Assembly: GCF_000315625.1 (NCBI RefSeq)
Contig: NW_005434532.1
Span: 99,517-163,516, forward strand
Length of the DNA stretch: 64,000 nucleotides
Reading direction: 5' to 3'
Source of the DNA: Guillardia theta CCMP2712
Taxonomy: Eukaryota; Protista; Cryptophyta
Each line of letters opens with the position of its first letter. The first letter of the stretch is position 1. The translations under genes and the position numbers were made by a program. Shown piece by piece: positions 57,799-64,000 of this stretch. The notes below the pieces were generated by a model. The model made no database searches and was not told the DNA's origin. It saw only the letters and a list, made by a program, of their open reading frames with translations.

Positions 57799-60700
57799 AT
57801 GGCACTGGTCCTCTGTTGTGGTAGCATAGGTGACTCCATGGACCGAGGATCTCAAGGTTCCACTTTTTCCTTGTCGCGATCAGGCTCCCCAGCACATGGA
57901 GACAACGACTGGGTGTCACACGATTCGGGGAGGGACGAAGATATGCTGAAGAGAATTGTATCAGATGCCATGTCGAAAGTGAAGAAGGAATTGAACTCAT
58001 CGATCTGCTATCTGTGAAATTGCTTTTGCAGGTCGCAGAACAGAGCAAGCCCCATACACAAAACGACGAGCCGGAAACTTGGGGACCCCGAGGCATGTTT
58101 CACACGAACGCAAGGACTGCTGTTCAACGAGTAAGATGGTTGGTCTTCGGCTTGGAGTTGAAGATTGTCTTGTCAGGCTCGTGATCTTAAAACTATCTTG
58201 TTTGTATACATACCAGATGATTCGGAACAGAAACAGGAGAAGAGCTCCGTGCATCTTGAACCGTTACTACAACGACGAGATGTTCGACTGCTGCTATCTT
58301 CCGAATGCGTCCTGTTGTGTCTTTTCCCTGACACTCCGGATTCTGCCTGGCTGTTTCAACTTTATGGGTTGCCCAAGTCCCTTCCATCAGGTATGGGGTT
58401 ACTTTGATGTGTTGGGATAGCAACTCTAAAGTAGAATAAGTTTACATAGTCATGCCAAATGGAACACTTTATGATGTCATTGAAGAAATCAACGCTCCTG
58501 CTGTAAGAACTTGATATCATCTGGTTGACAAATTGAGAATTTCACAAAGATTTTTCGTTCTGTGGATAAGGCTCTCCTTGCTATACATAAGGGTAAAATT
58601 TTGCATTTTTCGCAAATTCTTACCAGCAACAGGCCAAAAGACAGCAAATTTGCTTGCAAAGTTCCGCAAAAAAGAGAGAAGGAGAAAGAGTCTGAGCAAG
58701 ACAATTGTACAAAGTGTGCCACCCAAAGAGAAGAAGCGCAGGCCATTTCATCTCAGACCCAGCTCTTTACGAAATGTGATTGCCTCGTTTGATTACGCAC
58801 TCACCCTGACACTTTCCTGTTTGAATGTTTAGAATGCGCTCAATCCAATCAGTTTTGGCGAAGGCTTCTTCACTCTTGACGAGCTTGATGCAAACTTTGA
58901 TGACGTGTATTTGAAAGAATCTCAGGTCAACCTTTCGAATATGTTGAAAGGGTTCTGACATATCTTGAAGTATCACAAGAAACTTCTTGACGCTTTGCCC
59001 TTGATCGATGAATCCAAACCAACGACGAATATTCGTGAACATGAGCAGGAATTCATGCCTGTTAAGGTTGATGCTAATGCTGTCCGTATTCCACAATGAT
59101 TTCGGTGTCTTTTCAGACTGTCGGGCATTTCAACGAATTAGAGAGCTGCATTGCCCGTTGTATTTACCGCTTGGAATCTGAACCAGCCATTGAAAACATG
59201 ACTGTCACGATGAACGGTGGACAGTACATCTGGCGTTGGGACCTCGAGGTAAGGAGTATAATCTCTTGATAAACACTGAAGTGCCTTCACTTTTTGCATG
59301 AAATCAGATCTCTCCTACGATTTTACAGAGAAAAGCTTTGGTTCCAGGAGGGACATGTTTTATTTCTGAGTGGGATGCATATATAGTAACAAGATTCTTT
59401 GCCTGCCATGCTCTCTGATAGTCCTGTAGTGTCAAGCAAGAATGGAGGCTTCTCCGTGGTTCCAGATATCCAACGTTGAAAACTACACCTTCAAGGGCAA
59501 AGAGGTTTGTCTGTGGCCGCAGCTTCAATGTAGTTGAGTGTCAGCAGATTGGTGTCTTGAACTTCCGATCAGATGGAGACTGTCAAATGAGAGGGAAGTG
59601 GTGGCTCAAGCCAGGAGTCGCGGTCTGATAGTTGAGGTTGTTCAATGCAAGTGCTCAACATCAATTAGGGAACCTTCGAAGAGATGAACTTCGAGCATGA
59701 ATCTCATTTTTCTGAGCCTTGTCCGCACACTGATCCAATCACTTGCAAGTAAGTGTTTGGCATTACCTATGAATATTAGGGAGGAAAGTATTAGAATGAT
59801 TGTTATTTGACGAGCTCATAAGAAAGGATGAGGCGATTCAGTGTTGGACATCGAACTGCAGTGGAATTGCAGTTGCAGGAGTTTACGAGGTATTTGTCTT
59901 CAAAGTGCATCTCGAATTACATTCTGCTTTGCAGATGCGAGACGAAGAATGTCCTTTGATAACAAGTCAAAGTCCTATCATATCCTTTGATCCCCTGGTA
60001 TGCTAGTTTGTAATGCATGGAGTTTGAATTTCATTCTTCCTCAGAAAATGAAGAATGAGGAGGGGATGAGCTTCACAGCTCAAGGGAGGTAGTAGTTCTT
60101 GACTTCATCTGCTCGAGTCTCAACTTTTGGACTACACTGATACAGGTGGGAAGGGTCTCACTCAGGAGGAAAATGGGAAGGAAACGTTTGGGTACCGAAT
60201 ATGCTTGAAGTCCACAACTCTCTGGTGGACAGATTGAAATACTTGCACACATCATACTTGGCCAATATACCATACACTTTTCAATACTTCACTTGTGAGT
60301 TCTGCAAGGACAGGCAATTCACACTTATCAAGTTTGACACTTTGTTGTCTAAAAGTTTTTATCAACAGAGTGAAGAATTTGTTCAACATTATGGGAGGAC
60401 CATGGAACTTCAACAAATGTCATTTGCGAGGAGGTTGAAAAATTTCAAACATTATTTGTAATTTTTCTCATATTTCTTCAGCAAAGATTGTTCTTGTCCG
60501 ATTGACATACAAGAAGGCGAGAGTCAACTTGGACAAATGCTACATTGCAGGGATCAACGGACTTGACGACGGTTTGTGAACTTTGTGTGTAGCCATATTC
60601 AAACAAATTACAGCGGGAGAAGACAAAGGACATTCCTTTCATTTTCAAAAAGGTCAACCTTCCCTTTCCTAGTTTAATGTCAACTCGAACTTGCAGTTAA

Positions 60701-60816
60701 GGACGAACAGACTGTCCGTACCTGTCAATCCAAATATTCAGAGTCTGACCTGAGAGCTCATCTAGCAGTATGCACTATTGAGTTCCCTTCTGTCCATGAA
60801 TTGTTCGAGCAGTTAA
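57799..60816 (+). CDS. Protein with N-terminal UAS/thioredoxin-like domain (UBXN4-type); many short exons, possibly two genes
   Basis: MFHTNARTAVQR|ARDLKTILFVYIPDDSE...PDSAWLFQLYGLPKSLPS|VYIVMPNGTLYDVI; no UBX domain recognised. Confidence 0.4.
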
Positions 60817-60847
60817 GTGCAGGAAGCAAAGGCTGCAAATTCAAAAT

Positions 60848-62963
60848 CACAAAATGCATGATCGAAAATTGCGGGTGGAGTCAAGCTGCAAATAAGTTCG
60901 TGCAGGTCACTTCGTCTGCAGGTGGGGTGGAGGTGGAGGAATAATTTTGAAAGGAGCTTCTTGTACCGTAGAGAATACAACAATCAGAAAGTGCATCAGG
61001 TTGCGAAATAAGCGCCTGAACGCTCTCGCTGCTCACGATCCGAATACAGAGGAATTGGGTTGATTGACGGCGCAAAAATCAGATTGGACACGTGTTGTTT
61101 GTTCAAGAACAGGTTGTCTCGTTGTAATTGAACTTCAGGACTCATGGATTCCAACAGCATTTTCAACTTTTTCAGCAAAGGAGAGGAGGTCTCGACACTT
61201 GACATCACAAATTCATCCATTGAAGGCAAATTTTTGATGGGAGACAACACGAGTGAGTTAATTTCTAGCATTGAAATTTTCGTGACCAACGCAACGATTT
61301 TAATGACCTCTCTCATCAGATAATCTGAGGATTGTACAGTCCAGAAATTCTTTTATATGAAACAGAAAGCGATGTATAGCATTTTTAATTAGTATACACA
61401 TCATCATGACATGTTATTATGCAAATTCAAGCAAGTCTTTTCTGTAAATTGCCAGACTTTACCTTCCTGGCACCTTTTCAGTTTCAAGATGCAGAAGTTT
61501 CCCTAACCAAAACGTCAGAGCGAGTTGGAAAGAATCATTTACTGCCTCCGAGAAAGCTCCTGGATAGATACAAGGAAGTCCATCAAACTCAATCAAATGT
61601 GTTTCTTTTAAGCGCCGCAAAGGGAGATGGTGTTTGTTTGCCACCTTCCCTGCGGTTTGCATTACTGTTTGTGAACCATCCTCCAAAATTGACTCATCTA
61701 TGCCAAACTTTGAGCACGTTGAAAGCTCAGATGAGTAGACCTTTCATAGTGCAGTCTCCATGTTTGGGGTCGTCAGATCCGAAACAAATAAGCGAGAATT
61801 TCGCTGAGAAATCTTGTTTCTGGTCGAATAGATCAGACTCAAATTTCATGTCACGGTACTGAGGTGGATTTGGCACCTTTGAAATTACGTTCGTCCAAGA
61901 ATCAGCAAGATGTGGTCTTGTTGGAGAACTTCCAATTTGATCCTCAGCTGCAAGAAAATATTAAAATGAAACAGCCGATGGATGAAATGGCACCATCATG
62001 ACTGATGTTGCAATTAGACAAGATGACAACGCTATCTCCTTGCATGATAAAGTCTTGTCCCATCCTTGAGGTTAAGCACATGAGGCTATTCATGTCATTC
62101 TTGTGACAATCACATCCTTCTGCTTACTGCTGTTGGTTATCAGAACCTTCTTTCTGCTGCAACGAATTCTCCGCATTCATGTGTCTTTCTATCTCTGTCA
62201 TGGGCATCTGTTTGTGATGTCATGAGGAGACAAATTCATTGTCTTCAACCCCTCCCCGCTATGCCCAATGTTTCACCTTGCCATAGTCGAAGCCCAACAA
62301 CACGAGGTCTTGAGCAATCCTCAAGCAGCGATGATATAGATTGCATGAGTTTGATGTTAGACGCGGCAGCTGAGACCCGCTGCCCTGTCATCCACACGTC
62401 ATCATACAAGAAGCCCCTTCAGCACTCTTGCCTGAGTTGTAGGCGGGTCGTGACGCCCAGGGACGTAGGCAACGCGGCATTGAATGTTCTCCAGTGCTAC
62501 ACTACAAGTCATGAAGAACGTATGCAGTCAAAGTGAGACTGGAACCAGAAATGATCGCACTTGTGTCCCCTTCGCTCGCTGACAACATCTCTGGCTTCTG
62601 CTCATGGATAAGTTGAACAGCATTTCTACAACAAAATACATGGTCGCTATTGTCCAGGAAGATCAAATTTCCAGTCACCCAAATCATGTCGACATGAATA
62701 GATTGAGCCTGTCAACTCGACTCACAAATGTCTTCAGAGAGGAGTCAACACGCACCGTAAGAAACTCAGCGAGCTTGTGGATGTTCGAAAGGTTACTTTT
62801 AACATCCGAAACTAGAAGAACCTCAAAGAGCTTCTTAATCGAGCTCCAAGAAATATTGTCTCACCAAGAGTTCATCAACGTGCGAGCGATAATCGTAAAA
62901 TGCTGGATAGATCTGGAGCAATTTGATTCGAATGTGTGAACAATAATATCATACCTCACACAT
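60848..62963 (-). CDS. Calcineurin-like metallophosphoesterase-fold protein with degenerate motifs; 3' extent uncertain
   Basis: VLLVSDVK, DMIWVTGN, EGDTSAIIS, LENIQCRVAYVPGRHDP, PRLTSNSCNLY. Confidence 0.65.
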
Positions 62964-62989
62964 TGTTATCAGTTTGCTTTCGGCAGGCA

Positions 62990-63039
62990 GGTTCCAGGTT
63001 TAGGGTTCCAGGTTTAGGGTTCCAGGTTTAGGGTTTAGG
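62990..63039 (+). repeat. Variant telomeric tract (GGTTCCAGGTTTAG)x3 + GGTTTAGG
   Basis: Read directly. Confidence 0.9.
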
Positions 63040-63339
63040 CACAGAGAACAAGCCTGAGCACGAAGGATATGAGAAGGCTGGCAGACGACAGGGTAAAGAC
63101 CAACGAGGACAAATCAAAAGGGAAGCCTCAAAAGCAAGCAACCAGGATCAGCATGGCAGGGAAGGGGCAAGGACACAGGAGACAGTTGGAAGACGACAGG
63201 GGAAAGGTACGGTCAACGCGGACAGACCGAAGGGGAAGCCTCACAGGCGAAAAACCAAGACCAGCCTGCCATGGCAGGAAAGGGCCCGGGCTCAAGGACT
63301 CAGCACAACAAAGGACAGGTGGACGGTTACACTAAAACC

Positions 63340-63650
63340 GTCGAGCCGCCGGGGGCGGGCCCGGCGGACTTCGGGACTCCGACTCAGCGGCCCGGCGGGC
63401 GGCCCCACCCGGCGGCTCAGACCGCCGGAGGACTCAGCCTGATGGTGATGGATCACATGCCAGCCGTGCCAGTCAGATAGCGCCGAGTTAACAAAAGCTT
63501 CCTGTAAACCAAGACGACCCTTACGTGCGGCGGGGCGCCGCCCGCACTCAGCCGCCGCCGCAGGGCGGCCGCCCGGGCCCGGGAATGCTTCCGAAGTTCA
63601 CTGAACCCGGTTCGCGGTGGCGTGACCGGGTGGACGAAGAGGGGCCGGAA
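63340..63650. promoter_or_regulatory. CCGG-rich island between the telomeric tracts
   Basis: Composition; upstream of the minus gene at 62963. Confidence 0.45.
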
Positions 63651-63726
63651 TGTAACACGTGGACGAAGAGGGGCCTTCCTAGCCGCCTTGCTGGTATGAG
63701 AAGACCGTCTCAGCAAGGCGTATGAG

Positions 63727-63786
63727 AGGGTTTAGGGTTTAGGGTTTAGGGTTTAGGGTTTAGGGTTTAGGGTTTAGGGTTTAGGG
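63727..63786 (+). repeat. (TTTAGGG)8 interstitial telomeric repeat
   Basis: Perfect array. Confidence 0.98.
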
Positions 63787-63908
63787 CAAGAAGGGGAAGC
63801 GAGTCGACCTAGTCCGATGGGGGCAGGTGAGGGGGCAGGCGCGGCACAGGGGCAAGCCACCTATGGAGCACAGGCGGCAGGGAAGGAAAACAAGCCTAGC
63901 ATCAAGGA

Positions 63909-64000
63909 GGCAGGCGCAGCTCATGGTCATGGAGGGAAGAGGTGGGCGACTGGGGGGGGAAGGGACAGGACAGGCGCAGCTCATGGTCTTGGAGGGAAGG
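63909..64000 (+). repeat. ~60-bp-period repeat (caggcgcagctcatggtc.tggagggaag), possible subtelomeric satellite
   Basis: Two copies at ~63911 and ~63971; runs off the window. Confidence 0.6.

Noticed and set aside
63040-63726. Hammerhead ribozyme / Penelope-type terminus between the telomeric tracts
   Set aside because: No CTGATGA...GAAA core found and no RT ORF in the window
1-64000. tRNA, rRNA or snRNA genes
   Set aside because: None recognised by eye; tRNAscan-SE/Infernal would be needed to exclude them

Overview
Gene-dense, intron-rich eukaryotic nuclear DNA. The short GT-AG introns with CTRAC/CTCAC branch motifs, a bipartite plastid presequence, an RWP-RK factor and TTTAGGG tracts suggest a cryptophyte, Guillardia theta-like (inference). 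About 20 spliced genes are separated by CCGG/GTAC-rich islands that sit at gene 5' ends. Recognisable products: a TruA pseudouridine synthase apparently fused to an RNI-type LRR, a class I methyltransferase, a DUF1757-like protein, a MORN/IQ gene split by an inversion, a secreted 24-aa LRR protein, two related Myb/SANT-like proteins, ATG18/WIPI, a CAMSAP/Patronin (CH+CKK), a Myb-like domain fused to a bacterial-type DhnA aldolase, a plastid-targeted COMT, a MYND/SET-TPR-2OG oxygenase fusion, RWP-RK and a degenerate metallophosphoesterase. The most striking structure is a pair of 495-bp inverted repeats (18516-19010 and 21489-21983). They flank a 2.5-kb cassette holding a bidirectional promoter and two alternative 5' gene ends, and flipping it would rejoin the MORN exons to the gene body. 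Telomere-type TTTAGGG tracts and satellite-like repeats occur at the right end, and there is one 100-N gap. All gene models were read by eye, so outer boundaries are approximate.
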